A DNA stretch of 64,000 bases from Octopus bimaculoides (Eukaryota): NCBI RefSeq assembly GCF_001194135.2, contig NC_068981.1:57337121-57401120 (forward strand), written 5' to 3'. The notes beneath the pieces are model-generated. The model worked only from the letters and a program-made list of their open reading frames with translations, made no database searches and was not told where the DNA came from. This document shows, piece by piece, positions 1 through 15,335 of the stretch (its first letter is position 1; every line of letters begins with the position of its first letter). The position numbers and the translations under genes were made by a program.

Positions 1-610
1 CCATTTACTACTGTTAATGCTCTCTCCCATCCAATTTTGCAGGAGCCTATACGTGATCACTCAATCTGCTAGAAATACTCTCCAACTCTCTCTCAAATAA
101 CACCCTTCTCCCTTTAATAAAAATAAACACATTCAATATAGCTGAATAAAAGATGGGATGATCAATGCTTGAACATCTTTAGATTTGCTTGATTAGAGTT
201 AACAGAGCTAAATAAGAGCAATCACTCTCAATACTGTCCCTTTTCTTCATTAACTACATTCAAGATGTCCTTCATATTCAGTATATAAATTAATAAATTA
301 ATTTATGGAAATTTTTTAATGCCTATCTAGATAGCTTTCTTTCTTTCCCTATTTATTTGTTTATTTATACCTTCCCTTTACAAGTAAGATCATGTTATTG
401 CCAGCATAGTGCAAGAAAAGCTATAACAGTCCCTGTCCATTTGATGCGCTGTGTTGGAGTAGTAGGTAGAGGTAGGGTATGGGCTCTTTACTTTTGACTG
501 AAGAGTTGATGCTTCACTCTGTCTATAGTGATATGTAACAAAACATGTTTCTTTAAGTAATTCTAAGATGCAACTTTGTTTGTAAATAACCAGCTTGTGT
601 TTATTTATTT

Positions 611-654
<44 letters not shown>

Positions 655-812
655 TTGCAAGTGTTATCATTTTTGGCCTTGAGTGGTAAAGAAGAAATCA
701 TTTTTTGTAAACAATTAATTTTTACAATATTTACATACATGCACACACTCTCTCTCTCAAACACACACACACAACATGGAGAAGGTAACATAAATTTATC
801 TTACCTTCTTGC

Positions 813-912
<100 letters not shown>

Positions 913-1779
913 CTCTCACTCACTCACTCATAACTACTGCCTCTATCACAAATCCTTTGAGCTTTTCTGTCATCTGTCAGTTCCTTATCTGCTGCTAATA
1001 CCAAATTACTTCTCACTGCAAGTCAGTTGTCAAAAATGATATCTATTTACTCACCTGAGATCAATCTAGATAACTGTAGTGTTCAAATATCTTCAAACTT
1101 ACTGGCAAGTGGATGGTGGGGAGCATCAACACATTGATTCAATTTTTCTTTTTATCTTTATTTTGTAGTTCCTATAACATGACAATTACACAAATTTTTA
1201 ACCAAATCATCACCTTAAAACGTTCTCTCTTTATTTTTTTTTGTTCTTTGTTTTTTTGTGGTGGTGGGAGTGTCATTGATTGTGTGTGGATGACTGTTGT
1301 TACAAGTGGAATGATGCCTTTGTATTGAATATTTACTGCTATTGCTGCTGTTGTTCTTGCAGTCTTGTACGAGTTACATTTCAGAACATTCACTGTTAAA
1401 ACAGTTTCAAATTTCTGATAACCATTTTAAGTATATTTAAGAAAAACCTCCCTGTGTTGCTTAGTAAACCTTTATGTGACATGTGTACTGCCACAACTTT
1501 GATCAGAGAAAATACACTGCAAAACAGAATGCGTGTGTGCATGTGTGTGTGTCATCGTCATCGTCATTTAACATCCACTTTCCATACTGGCATGGGTTGT
1601 GTGTGTGTGTATTTCATTATCATCATCATTCCATTTTTCCATGCTGGCATGAGTTGAACAATTTGACAGGACCCAGCTAACCACAGGGCTGGATGCACTT
1701 CCTAATACCATCCACCTTACTGCATGTACTGGGTGCTTTTTCATCCCGCCTGCTTTTTCCTTGCCATATTTGCATGCAT

Positions 1780-1816
<37 letters not shown>

Positions 1817-2739
1817 TTGGGAATGAGTTATCAGCAAGAGGAATTAGATAAATTGCTTTTGTTCAGATTATTTACACAGCTAATCCTCTCAGAAAAAGTG
1901 CAACTATCACAACATATTCCATTTACCTCTCTCTAAAGTTTACCACTTATTGATAGGTACAGATACCCCTGGTTGAAATTAAACATTTGATGTTTGAGAT
2001 TATCTGTTATACTTACATGGAAAAAGCTATGCTGCAAGTGCATACATGCATGTAGAAATACTTGTGCTTTCAGGAAGATGAGTCAGTTGGCCTTCAAATT
2101 CAATTTATGGAAGTAAATGTAATTTAAAGTATCTGTTTGATAAGTTATGAGTTAATGTCAAGTACTGAATACAGTATTTAGCACATATTGTTCCCTGTTA
2201 CTTAACTTAGATCTTTTAAAATGATAATGTGGAAATTATCAGGGAAACTAAGATCAGGGGGTCTTTGTTTTATTTTTTGAATTGTCACTTAGTTCTTTGT
2301 GTTGTTGTTTTCATTTTCACTCTTCTCAGTAAATCTTATAAAGCATACTATAATTGTGTATCACATAACATTATCACTGCAACTCACTGTTGTGGTGCAA
2401 CTGGTTTCTAAATAAATCCTCCAGCATGACAATGTTTTTGACAATCGTACCAATCTTATTACAAATTCTACAATGAATTTTCTTTGATTAAAGTTTGTTA
2501 ATAGATTTGTAGTTCCAAATACTCTGACATTAATTGACTTTTAACTGAGTTGTTTGATTAGCTGTTGAAATTAAGTTTGGTCTCTTATAATAAAGGCTGT
2601 TTTTGTTCAACTTCTACATTGTCCTATTATACCCTTATTGTCCATTAACAAATTCATCACATATCTACCTGTTTATATATATGCATGAAAGCCAAAATAT
2701 CATACAGGTTACAATTACAAGGACCAATGTATTGATAAA

Positions 2740-2776
<37 letters not shown>

Positions 2777-5539
2777 ATGTAGGTAATTTATTACCCATAT
2801 TTACCATGTCCCAATAAGATGTTCATCTAAACTCAGTTTCATACTTCTTTCATGTGTATTCACATACATGTATATACATGTGCATTACATAAGCTTAAAC
2901 GGTCTCACAACATTGCCACATGAACATTTGCTTGTACACAAAGAAACTTTATATTTTCATTTTGGAATATTGTTTTCTATACTCAGAGAATCATTACCTT
3001 CCTATGTTTCCATAACCTAGTAATTTGACAAAAACAAAAAGGGGATGATAGAACAAGTACCACTTAAAAATGTAAGTAGTGGGATCAATTTAATTGATAA
3101 ATCTCTTCACAGGGATGCTCCAGCAAGGCCACATTCCAGTAACTGAAATTGGTAAAAGTGCATACATGTGTGTGTGTGTGTGTAAAATTTAGAAAAACAT
3201 TACAGGAGATATGGAATCAAAACCAACAGTCAAGAAGATTCAAAGCAAATTTAACAACAAGAACTAAAATTTTAGTAAATGAGAAAGAATACAGGATCAT
3301 GCACAGGCATTTCCCTCATGAGAAATGCCTGTGCATGATATACAGAAAAGGAGTAGGCAGAAATTCCATGAGGTGTACCCTATAGACACACAATAGGTGT
3401 GATAGAATTACAGGAGTGTTAGCTGAGAAGAAACACATCATATGTGACGGACGCACAGGAGTAACTAGCAGTAAACTTATGCAATTGAGAAATCTCAAAA
3501 AGCTGAACCTCATGAAGGAGGTGTCAAAGAATAAGTGATGGCACATACCAGAGAAGACCTGCCCACAAAAGCAGGCAATACAAACGGTCATTGAAATGGT
3601 GATAGTGGTATTGGTGGTGATGGAGGTTGGGGTGTATTATCAATCTACACACTATGTTCTTTCACCCATTGTATTCCTTTTAAAGTCTTCTTTTTCTGTC
3701 CCATTTATCCCTCACCCTCTCTCAAATCCACTCTACCATATTTCTTGTATAATGTGGAATAGGATTTGATCTGTTTGTATGCAATCTCTCTACCATTACC
3801 CTTTATCATTCTACTTCTCTTCCACCACCACCACCTCTCTATTACTTTTTCCTTTCATTCTCCCTCATCCATCACAATACCTGTGTAATGAAGAATATCA
3901 CTGAATCTATCTTTCTTTCTTTCTTTCTCTCTCTCTCACGTAACTGTTCACTCTCACTTACCATCACTATCTCTATTGCTCACTACCACTTACAACATGT
4001 AGCTATGATCATCTCTCTTCCATTATTTTTTATCCTACCAACTTCCCACTCCAGTCACTCTCCTCCACCACACTTATACTTTCTCTCCTTTCACACTATT
4101 AGGATTTAATTTCTCTTCTATTTACCCCAACCCCCACCCCTTCCACTCATGGTTGCCTTGAACTAATGGAGACTGCTTAGAGAAGACTTCTGTAATCTTG
4201 CAGGAGACCTGACAACTTCTCTGGTGCTTGTGTCACAATAAAAGTAAACTCCTAGCCATAGAAACCATATAAAAGACTGAAACATATAAGCAAGTCATGG
4301 CCTTTCAACCCATCTACTTGCACATAACTTCAAATAAGAGCTGACACTATGACAAAACTGTAACACAAAGCAGATATAAAATGATGGGGAGCAGGAGGCT
4401 TGTAATGGTAACGCTATGACTGGATGTATATTACTACTGTACAAACATTAGAGATATTGTCTTGTACTCAGCAAGATGTGAGTCCTTCCTACTTACAATG
4501 TTTCTGTTCATTCTCCAACCACTTTGCAGTATACTAGGTGCCTTTTATCCCAGCACCAATACTAAGAGGTTTGCTTTTCAGTAAGACTTAAAGAGACTTT
4601 CCTATCTTACATTGATTCTGTTTATTTACTAATCAGTTTACAAATTACTTGGTGCACATTATCATGGCCACAAAATGTTTCCTACTCTTTTGCAAAACTA
4701 AAGAGTTCTCTCTTCCTTACTAGTTTGTTCCTGTCCAATTTGTTTGCTATCACCAGGGACATAACTCACCCCAGCAGATAGAAGAAAAAGTGATGAAAGA
4801 GAACCAGTGTGAGTAAGTGTTAGAAGAGGAAATAATTCAGGAGAATCTTGTCAAAGGCCTTCTACAGATCAACAAAATAGAGTGGCTTACTCCTAGTTGA
4901 ATTATGTATTAAAGTTATTGGCTGTAGATAACATGTAATTCCTTGGGGAACCATCAGGTGGAATGTAAGTCATAGTGTAGGGAAAGATTACTCAGTATAT
5001 GCTCACCTTCAGGTACAGGGACAAGGAAATTCTTCCTCCCTATCCTATTTCATCTGGAAGTTCCAGGACCAAGAAATTGACTTTACAGGTACAACAGGGC
5101 TCCATTATATTCACCTGTATCATGCAACTGCCATCTTTATGTCTATGACAAATTGCAGATATTGCACCATCCCACTGAACTATCATACTGTTACCACCAG
5201 TTTAGCTCTCAGTTAGCTACTTATGAGCCATTGGCTATTTATACAATCTCATAAATTTTCACCCAGTTTACATTTTGACAGGAATCGCTGACTAAGAAAG
5301 GGAGACTACTTCTATGTATTGGGTCAGATTTGCCTCTCATTCACCAGCAATAGCACAGTTACCAATTCCACTATGTAATTCCAAAAAGTCAAAAAGAGAA
5401 CGTTTTACTCTCCCAATGATAATCTGCTTTCTTCAGTATTGAAGCATCCAAACAATGGAGAGTACTTCTTATATCTGTAAAGCATTCACTAATGCAAATC
5501 AGAATAAAACTATTAACATAAATGTATTTGATGTTAATA

Positions 5540-5602
5540 ATATATGTGCATGTGTGTGTGTATGCGTGTACAAACAAACATGCATATATCTGTATGCATA
5601 TA

Positions 5603-5687
<85 letters not shown>

Positions 5688-5775
5688 GCATATACATGAA
5701 GATATATGTAAATACATATATTTATAGATGCATACACATTCACTATTACATACATTTATATCATGTGTATGTGTT

Positions 5776-5833
<58 letters not shown>

Positions 5834-5990
5834 CATACAGGTACACATGCACACACATATATTAATGTTTATGTATATATATACATGTTTATATGTGCAC
5901 ATATGCATGTGTGTATATATTTATATATATAAATATATATACATACACACACACACACACACTTGTATATGTGTGTGTGTGTGTGTATTA
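5540..5990. repeat. Compound (TA)n/(CA)n/(TG)n microsatellite; other (TA)n runs at about 615-650, 33091-33193, 53131-53164, 61453-61751
   Basis: Read directly; source of several spurious ORFs. Confidence 0.95.
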
Positions 5991-6573
5991 TAGCATTTGA
6001 GTTTGGAGAATATCAGACTTGTAACAATGATGCTGGTAATGAGGCATGATAATGTTTGGGCACTCAGTGATTGGCAATGGCAAAAAATTGTGATGTTTTT
6101 TATCTTGATTTGTTCTTTTTAGCTTCTTTTTGTTGTTGTTGTCTCTGATGATGATGATGATGATGGTGATAGGGGTGAAGTTGAAAAGTGTAATTGGGTT
6201 GTTAAGTATAATGTTTCAGTGAAGTTAACAAAATTACTATCTCAAGTGGTGTGTACTAAATGTTTTTAATGTCAGCTGTCTGTGTAAAACTAACCATACA
6301 GTTTATCAACCTGAGTTTTTATCATTATTGCCTCTGTCAAACTATACTACTGTAGAATGTGTTTGCTGTAGGTTTTAAATCTGCTTGCTCTCTCACTGTG
6401 TTTGTTGTTGCCACAGTGAAGAACATCATTATATCTTGTTTTGCTCCAGTCGCCCATTATTAGTGGCAAACTGGTAAATATTTTTCATCTCTTACATCCA
6501 GAATTGATTTTCCTTTTTGCTTTTTTTTTTTTTTTTTTTTTTTTCTATAATGTTTCTTTCTTTGACACTTCAG

Positions 6574-6713
6574 GAGCATGGAGAACTGATGCCATTCCGC
6601 TGCAGCTACTGCAGTCGCCTATTCCGACACAAACGCAGTCGTGACCGTCATGTCAAACTGCACACAGGGGACAAGAAGTATAAATGTTCCCAGTGTGATG
6701 CTGCATTTGCAAG
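6574..6713 (+). CDS. ZNF423: ZNF423-like coding exon (EHGELMPF...AAFAR)
   Basis: Long poly-T tract then CAG acceptor at 6571-6573; donor AG|GTGAGA at 6714. Confidence 0.93.
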
Positions 6714-9700
6714 GTGAGAGCACTAATTCTTTCTTTTAAATTACAACCTTTACGTTGAACTCTCTTACTAACACTCTCATTACATCTCTCCTCCTACTAC
6801 TACCACTTTTACCACTACTCCTTCGACGCTTTCTCTTCACTTCCTACACCACCACTCCTTCAATACTCACTCTTACTTTTTCCTATCTAATTTTCTCAGT
6901 AATCTTCTCTCTATCTCCATCTTGTAAATTCTCTTTCTCTTCTTTACAGTTGTCTCTAGCAAAACAGAGTTTTCTTTTTCTCTTTTCTCTTTCCTCTAAT
7001 AATCTTATTCCTACCTTTAGATATTTCCACCACTCCCTTTTGTCCTTCTATCCATAATAATTCTTTATAATCTAATTCAGTTTGTTGCTATTTCTTTCAC
7101 TTTGCTTCTTTCTTTTCTTTTTCCTTTCTTCTTTCCTCCTTTTATCCTACACCTAAAATCCAATGAATACTTTGGAACCCTGTCCCTCCTTGGTATTCCT
7201 ACTGTTACTGCTTTTCTCAGAAAATGAGATATATTCTTGTTAAATGCCAATTTATTCTGTAGTAGGCAGAAATAAAATCTGTTTTGCTGAAATATTTTTG
7301 TCAAAGGGTTAAATACTTTATATCTTATGATGATGATGATGATTTTCTCCAATTTCTAACTTTGTTTCTTCTTTCTCTCTCTTTCTCTCTCTCTTAAAAG
7401 AGCGAGAGATGGGGGGGGATCATCTAAATGCCTCTATTTATTTAAAAAGAAGATATTCAGAGATTCTTTTTACTCTTACATTATTTATATCGCAGTTTCT
7501 GCTATAATCTTTAAATCTGAACCATTAGTCTTGCATGCTGAGATAGGAATACAGTTGTATTAGTCTTTATATATTGAGAATAGTAATTTTACTAAAATTT
7601 AGATTTCCTTGTTTAATTTTTTTCTTATTATTCTCACGTTCTTTTGTCACCCCACCCCCTCCCCACACAAAAAAGAATGTGCTTGGAAATTAATAATTCC
7701 TGTAAACTATTTATGTACTTTCAAGAATGTAAATAAATAATATCTTTGAATATGGATATATCTCAGTTATCAAGGCTACACAGTCAGATTACATTCAACA
7801 AAACAAGACAAAAATCAAGGTTTCAATCTCAGTTTACAGCTAAAATTTCATTTTGTTCATCTTACTCTCTTTGTTAACATATCTTATCAGTAATTCTTGG
7901 ATTTATCATTGATTAAAAGGACAACTCCAAGCATTCAGTATAGCTTATTTATTTATTTATTTTATATGTTTTGTTCTTTCCTTATTGTTCCCTGAATAAA
8001 CTGACTCCCATATCTTAATGAAACTATATCAATTGTATCATTCCTATCTCATAAAAATCTTATCTATTTTTTTGAATAAGTAAAGGAGCAAGGATTTAGT
8101 TGTTGTTACTTTATAATAGAATTTGAAAGAGGAGATGAATTTTCGAAATTGTTTTTTTAACAAGCAACAATTTTCACAAGATAGCTTAACCCATTACCTC
8201 CCATAATTCTATTAACTGGAATTTTTTTATGAAACTTTAATTTCTAGCATAAAACAGCCTTAGAAACATGCTGGAATGATCAAAATAACATTTTAAATAG
8301 AAATAAGCAAGATATTGGGTGAGAAATTAGCAAACCTCATTTGAATATCAGAGAAATATACCTAGTAGATATAGTAAAAAGGTTAGATATGTGTAAATAT
8401 TGACAGATAATTACGAAATTTGTAATTTTTAAGTGATCTCATAAGAGATCACTGATAGGTAATGGGTTAAACTGAATTCATTGTGTGTGTGTGCTCGTAC
8501 ATATGTATGTGTATTGTATGGGTATATCTTTATACCATTTTCTCAATGTGAATACTGATACAATAATTCCATAAATTGCAAAATAATGTGAATTTTAAGC
8601 ACCATTTAATTATTGGTTGCTCATTGTTAAAACAACACAGTAAACCCAAGAAATGGGAGGGATTACTATTTTCAACTTGGTAGATTTTGAGAATAAGAGA
8701 AGGGCAATAAATATTTGCAGCTGGGTAGTCTTGGAGAAAGAATCTGTATTTCTTGAGAATACTACATATAACAAAACATATGATAAAATTATATAACAAA
8801 ACAACAATTACAAATTAAAATTTTTTTTTTTTTTTTTCATTTGTTCATATTGTTTTGATTCCATTGGAATAGTTTAGTCATACTGACATCATTATAAAAT
8901 GCTGATAGAATGAATTAGTTTGAAATTAGATAGCTTCCTTTTTTTTAATGTGAACATTGAATACTCAGGATACCAAAAGCTGCTTTCTTTACCTAAAACA
9001 AGTTTCTTTTCAATGCTATTTATTTTATGATAAAAAAACATAACAATGATGGCGAAATGTTATCAAATTTAAACTTTGACCATATTTTTTATTGAAATAA
9101 ACTATTTTCATTTGTCTCCCTTTCTCCAATTTTAGGAGTGATCATTTGAAAAGTCATTTGCGTACACATGACACAGGAAAACCTTTCAAATGCACTATTT
9201 GCAACCGTGGATATACAACAGCAGCTGCTCTTTCTTCTCATATGTATTCACATCGGAAACCAAACAGCTCTGGTCAGATGGAATATAAATGTTACCAATG
9301 TGAAGAGATTTTTTATCAGCCAAAAGACTTACAGAACCATTACAATGATTGCCATGCTCCTGCTCCCCTTCGTGAAAAAACTCTACAATGTACTCAGTGC
9401 TCTGAAATGTTTGTTAGCCAAGAACTTCTTGATGTTCATGTTGAACAAGAGCATGTTAAAGAACAAAAACGTAAGTTTTCAACTCCAGACAATATTTCTG
9501 ATATTGACATTTTCCACAAAAAGTTGAAAACTCACAATGATGTCTCTATAAATAAGCAAATGCTATCTAACGCTAGTGATTTAACTGTAAAAGAAAATGG
9601 ACTAGATCTTATGCCAGAAATAATGGATTCTTCATCTCTCTCAGACCCAGCCAACCGGGAAAATGCCCTTGTTTGCCCCTACTGTTTACAAGACAATTTT

Positions 9701-12700
9701 GAATCTTTAGAACTGCTTGAAATTCACATGCAGTGTGTGCATTCTGTAAAAGCAACTGAAGTTTATACATGCAATTACTGCAATGCACCATATCCTAACT
9801 TATATGCCCTCCATGATCATATGAAAGTTGTTCACCAAAATTTAACCTGTATGGATATCAAATATCCCTGTAGTTTATGTTCTAGACATTTTACAAGCAT
9901 TGATGCATTAGCAGAGCATAAAAAACATACGCATAGCCAAGCAAGTTCCTCAAACCATTCTCTCTACTGTGCAGAATGTGCATTACTTTTTCAAAACCCT
10001 ATGGAATTCCAAGAGCACATTCAGCGCTCCCACAACTGTTTGCAAGATACACCTCGTCCTAAACCTCCAAAATCAAAGAAAGTAAGTAATGACACAAAGA
10101 AAGATATAAAACGCATGAACTCCCATAGTATTTTTAATAACACAAAAAATTCAAGCCCAGCACCTAATGAGAGAATGGTTGAAGAGAAAATGGTATGTGA
10201 CCAATGTAATGCTACATTCCTTGATATTAAAAATTTTCAAACCCATCTGAAAATTCATTTGGACTCAGTGCTCACTCAATACATATGTCCCCAATGCCAA
10301 AAGCAGTTTACTACTGAAGACCAATTAGAGAGTCATTTGTCATTACACTACCTCTGTCTTAGCACTGAGTATGGCTGCACCAGTTGCATGAAAACTTTCT
10401 CCAAACCAGATGAACTTCAGAAACACTTGATGGATATTCATGCACATCATCTTTATCGTTGTTCACTTTGTAAGGAAATTTTTGATTCAAAGGTCAATAT
10501 TCAAGTCCACTTTGCAATAAAACATAGTAATGAGTGCAAAATTTATAAATGTACAAAATGCAACTCAGTCTTTATATCAGAGGTTGATTGGCAACTGCAT
10601 GTCAGATCTGCACATCTCCAAATGCCAAAGCCACATAAATGTCTCTTTTGTAAAGAAGGTTTTACCACCGAAGTTGAATTACAATGCCATTTAACCATTC
10701 ATGGCAAGCCATTTAAATGCCCAATGTGTAGTGAAGCATTCCATGTGGAATATTTGTTAGATAAACATCTCCAAAATGAGCATGACCCTGACAAAAATTC
10801 TAAGCGATTGGGTAACAGCCAATCTGATATCAAAGTGGAGAAGGACATTGGAAGTAGCACTTTATTAAACAGTTGTGGAACTATAGATATATCAAATTCA
10901 GTAACATCAGGAAGTGGAATTTGGAAAAGCACTGATCCACTTCATACATGCAACATCTGTGATATGAAGTTCAGCAATTTATCCTCTCTTCAGCTGCACA
11001 AGAAGCAAGACCACCGTGTTGCACTGGCTAATAATCACACCTCGCAAGTGATGACTACTGTAGAGAGCAGTGTGATTACAAGTAAAGTCATAAGTTCAAG
11101 CAATGACAAAGTAGCATTATCATGCACATACTGTAGTCAGTCTTTCAAATCTAGAACTGAACTTGAACGTCATATGAAAATTCACCTCAATTCCAGCAGC
11201 CAGAAATGCAACATTTGTGATGAAGTATTCCCATCACCAAATACTCTAGCAGAGCACAAACTGCAGCATTGCAAAATTCCTCAAGGAAATATTTGTGTTG
11301 GTTGCAAAATTCCCTTAAAATCTGAAGATCAGTTTTATATTCATTCCCAAGAACATGGCTTTCAGGGAGCTATAATGCAATGTGTTATCTGTAGACAAAC
11401 TCTGGCATCTATGATGGAACTTCAAATGCATGGAAAGCATCATTTCCAAACTAAACCCAACTTTTTCACCTGCTGTGTATGTTTGCGAGGATTTGATTCC
11501 AAAGAAAATCTTATATCAAAATTGAATAGTTCTGGTCGAACATATTTTGTTTGTAAACCTTGCTATCATGGTGAAACATCTGACTTTCATTGCAATGAAT
11601 GTGGCGCCAGATTCCCAACCAATGAACAACTAGAAAGTCATGTAACAAAGCATCGGCGAACATACCAGTGCATCAAATGCCAGCAATCTTTCAGTACAGA
11701 ATATGAAATTCAATTGCACGTTGCCACCCATGTTCTGCAAGAAGGAAATATCCATGAGTGCAAACTCTGTTCACAAGTTTTTGATTCTCCAGCCAAATTA
11801 CAATGCCACTTGATTGAACACACCTATGGCAATTCTGAGTACCGCTGTAGTGTCTGTTGTAAAGTATTCAGTAATGCTACAGACATACAAGCACATGCTT
11901 TTGAGCATGGCATTCATGCTCGCAAGTTTGGATGTATCCACTGTAATCAACGGTTTTTCTTCAGTGCTGAATTAGATAACCACATGATAAACCATGTGAA
12001 ACCAGAATCAATATCAGAGCTGCAGTGCAAAGACTGTCCACAGACTTTCTCAAATATTGTCAGCTTCAATGCACACCGACGCATACATCAACAGCAGATG
12101 GACAATAGCACATCCACCCCTATTAAATGTACATTTTGTCATGAAGTATTCAATGATACCAGTGAACTACAGAAACATTTCTTCACATGTCACACTGAGC
12201 AAGACATAGAACACTCAATTAACAAGAGAAGTTATCAGTGTTCCCAATGTAATAAAGAATGTTCATCTTTAGCCAACTTGCAGAACCACATGAAGATTCA
12301 TAAAATAGGTATTTAGCATTTCAGTTTATTTTTCTTAACAAAGTCTTGTTTTGTTTTTCAAGAGAATTATTTTGTTCATTCTATAAAATGTATTTCCTAC
12401 CTTTCTCCATGAAAGAAACATTGTATGTGACAACTATATACATTTATATGTTTACATTTGCATACTCTATATAAATATATATACTATACAACTTCAAATG
12501 TGGCACAATTTTAACTTTATTTTTGATAGTAAAGTGAATTTCTTTTATACATGTTGTCAAAATAGAGAACACTTCCAACAGAATAATTATACAACATTCT
12601 TTATCTTAAGCTTCCATTTCATTCTTCCATTTATGTTAAATGGTTATCTATTTGAACCAACAATAACTGTCTACTTCTGCTCAACCAACATTGGTTATAT

Positions 12701-15287
12701 TTAGTACCCATCTATATAGTATTGCCTTGGCAACAATAAGTTAAATTGCTGTGAAAACTGAGTGGTTAACTGAGAAATTAGCCCATTAGCCATCTTATAA
12801 ACTTTATAAACTTTACGTTGTTGTTGCTTTGTCTCAGTCGTCTTTGTTTCAACACACTCACACCATAGAAGTATCTAACAGAATGAATTGTCAAGAATAT
12901 TCAATCAATATGACAATACCGTATTTTTTCTCAGCATGTTGGTGCATGTAATTAGAATTTTAATAATGATGGTAGAGTCTCAACTGAAACTTGGGGGCTG
13001 CATTGTCCAGATTTAGCAACTACATGGAAGAATCTTTCATTAGTTTAATAACAAGTAATATGTTAGATTTTTATGCCTACTTTGTTACTCTGTTTCATTA
13101 CACATACCTGAGTAATTTAATTCTCATTTTGTACCTACTTTTAAGCCTGGCTGGTAATAAATATTTCCATCCACTGTATAATACATTTTATAAATAGTCA
13201 TGCATATATTCAAGTTTACAAACCTATAAAATGAAAAATAACTAAGTACCAGCATAGAGAGAAAAGTTGTTATGGATAACTAATTACTGTATTTAAAACA
13301 TCATATGCATTAAGTCTCTATGACTAAGAGCAGCTGCTAAAAATATAAACAAGCAGTATAAAGATTTCTCTTGAATATTATCCTGCAGCAACAGATGTTT
13401 ATATATTTATACCAAGTCCATGAGCAATATGTAATTCACATTATCAGCAGCTGCCCCAAACTCTCAACAATATATTTTATCTTCCATAACCCATGAAATC
13501 ATATAGAAATCTAAACATAATGCTAATTGTGCAAAAGACTTCTGTTTAAGTTGAAAACAAGGTACCATCTGATGGCAATTAGTCTTGTAGGTGATATAAA
13601 CTAAAGAGAAGATTATTGAATACTGGAAAATGAAGTATACATTAATATTTCAAGTAGATCCCCATCATTTCTATACTGGTGAATGATCTCTATGCTTATA
13701 TAATTATAATCCATTTATATATTTACAGTCCCAGTTTAAGTTCCCATCTAATCTATGCCAACTATTAGTAGTCTACCAATTCTAGTAACTATCTGTTACT
13801 CATGTAAAATCATGGGAACTGATTTCCCCCCCCCCCTCTCTCTCTCTTACACACACACACATCCATTCACATGTATATATATTCTGTTATGAACTTTCGA
13901 GCATATTTCACTGGAAGAGACAAGTGCTATGTTGTAAATATATTTTCTATTAGTCACTTGTTTGTTTTTTTTTAAAGAACTGGTTCACTGTAAAACTTTC
14001 TCCAAATAGTTGTTATTTAGTCCCAGATCAGCTCTGAGGAAAGAGGCATATGATCAAAAGCATTCCAGCAGTAACCATCCCACCATTTTAGGAATATCTA
14101 GGCCTACATTATCCATGTCCTTTCCTGAGATGCTCAGGTATAATCCAAGGGAGATTTGATTGTTATTTTTCGAAGATTAAGCATCTATATAGAAGTCCCC
14201 TCTGAGTTTTTTTCAAGTATCAGAAAGAAAAACAGCTCATAAAATTTCATCATAAATAATTGTGCCCAGTCTCTTTTGTTACAATTTTTAATAAATATAT
14301 ATAAAACAGTTCTTAAAACAAGTAGATTAAATATCTAACGATAAGCAAGGCATGTGGGACTGAATTGAATTCATGGATATATGCAATTATTCTGTGATGG
14401 TAAAGTAAATTTACTAAGAAGAAAAGTTTTTCAAATATGGCCCTCTTTCTTCTTTGACCATGCCTTAGTGTAGAAAATCGAAGACCATTTATTCTATATC
14501 TTAGTTTCTGCACATCTCTCTATTTAAGAATTCATTAAACTGGTTTCCAATTAAGTAACATTATATAAATATTAATTATTAATAATGTATATTGTTAAGT
14601 AATAATCTGATTATTAATAAGATCAATAATCATTTAAAAATTATTCCTTGTTCAAAGAAAGAACGTTATCTTTAATTCATTAACGAAGCTGACATTGCTA
14701 AATAAAGGAATTTCATATGTGAGGGGAGATAACCGTAGTTTATTTCAGTGACAATAGAATAACGGTTGGAGTTGATTTGCGTTCGTTGCTGCCCACTTTG
14801 TTTCTATTGATTTAGCATGCGGTTTTCCTTTCTTTTTTCTTTTCATATAGATTAATAAATTCATACATTATAGTGCAACCAAGCTGTCTTTATCTATATT
14901 GAGCTAATTCTATAAAGATTAAAAATCACTTTGCAGCAATATATTTCTTTGCACTAAAAGATCTTGTAACATCTGGTTCATGAAATATATCAGATGAATA
15001 AATATTAATTTTATTTTTTTTCTCAACAACAATCAAATCTTTCTTTCTTTATACTTCCATTGTAAAGGAAAAGTACATTCGATTGTTTAGTTCTGTTACA
15101 AATGGTCACAATATTTCATCATCCCACATGGGATGCAACCTGGCCTCCATAGACTCTAAGGAGTTATGGGCTGAAACAATTACATACTTAGGAATGGCTT
15201 CTTCTCTGAAGACCTTCTGCTGTTCAGTTCCCCCTAGAGTTTCTTACTATTACATACTGACATAACTAAGCACACCTTGAATACATG

Positions 15288-15335
<48 letters not shown>

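Noticed and set aside
2074-2112. 39-nt phase-0 micro-exon candidate (EDESVGLQIQFME) for ZNF423
   Set aside because: It has splice-like signals only, and does not supply the zinc finger expected before EHGELMPF.
5389-5993. Six overlapping ORFs on both strands
   Set aside because: Compound dinucleotide repeat artefacts.
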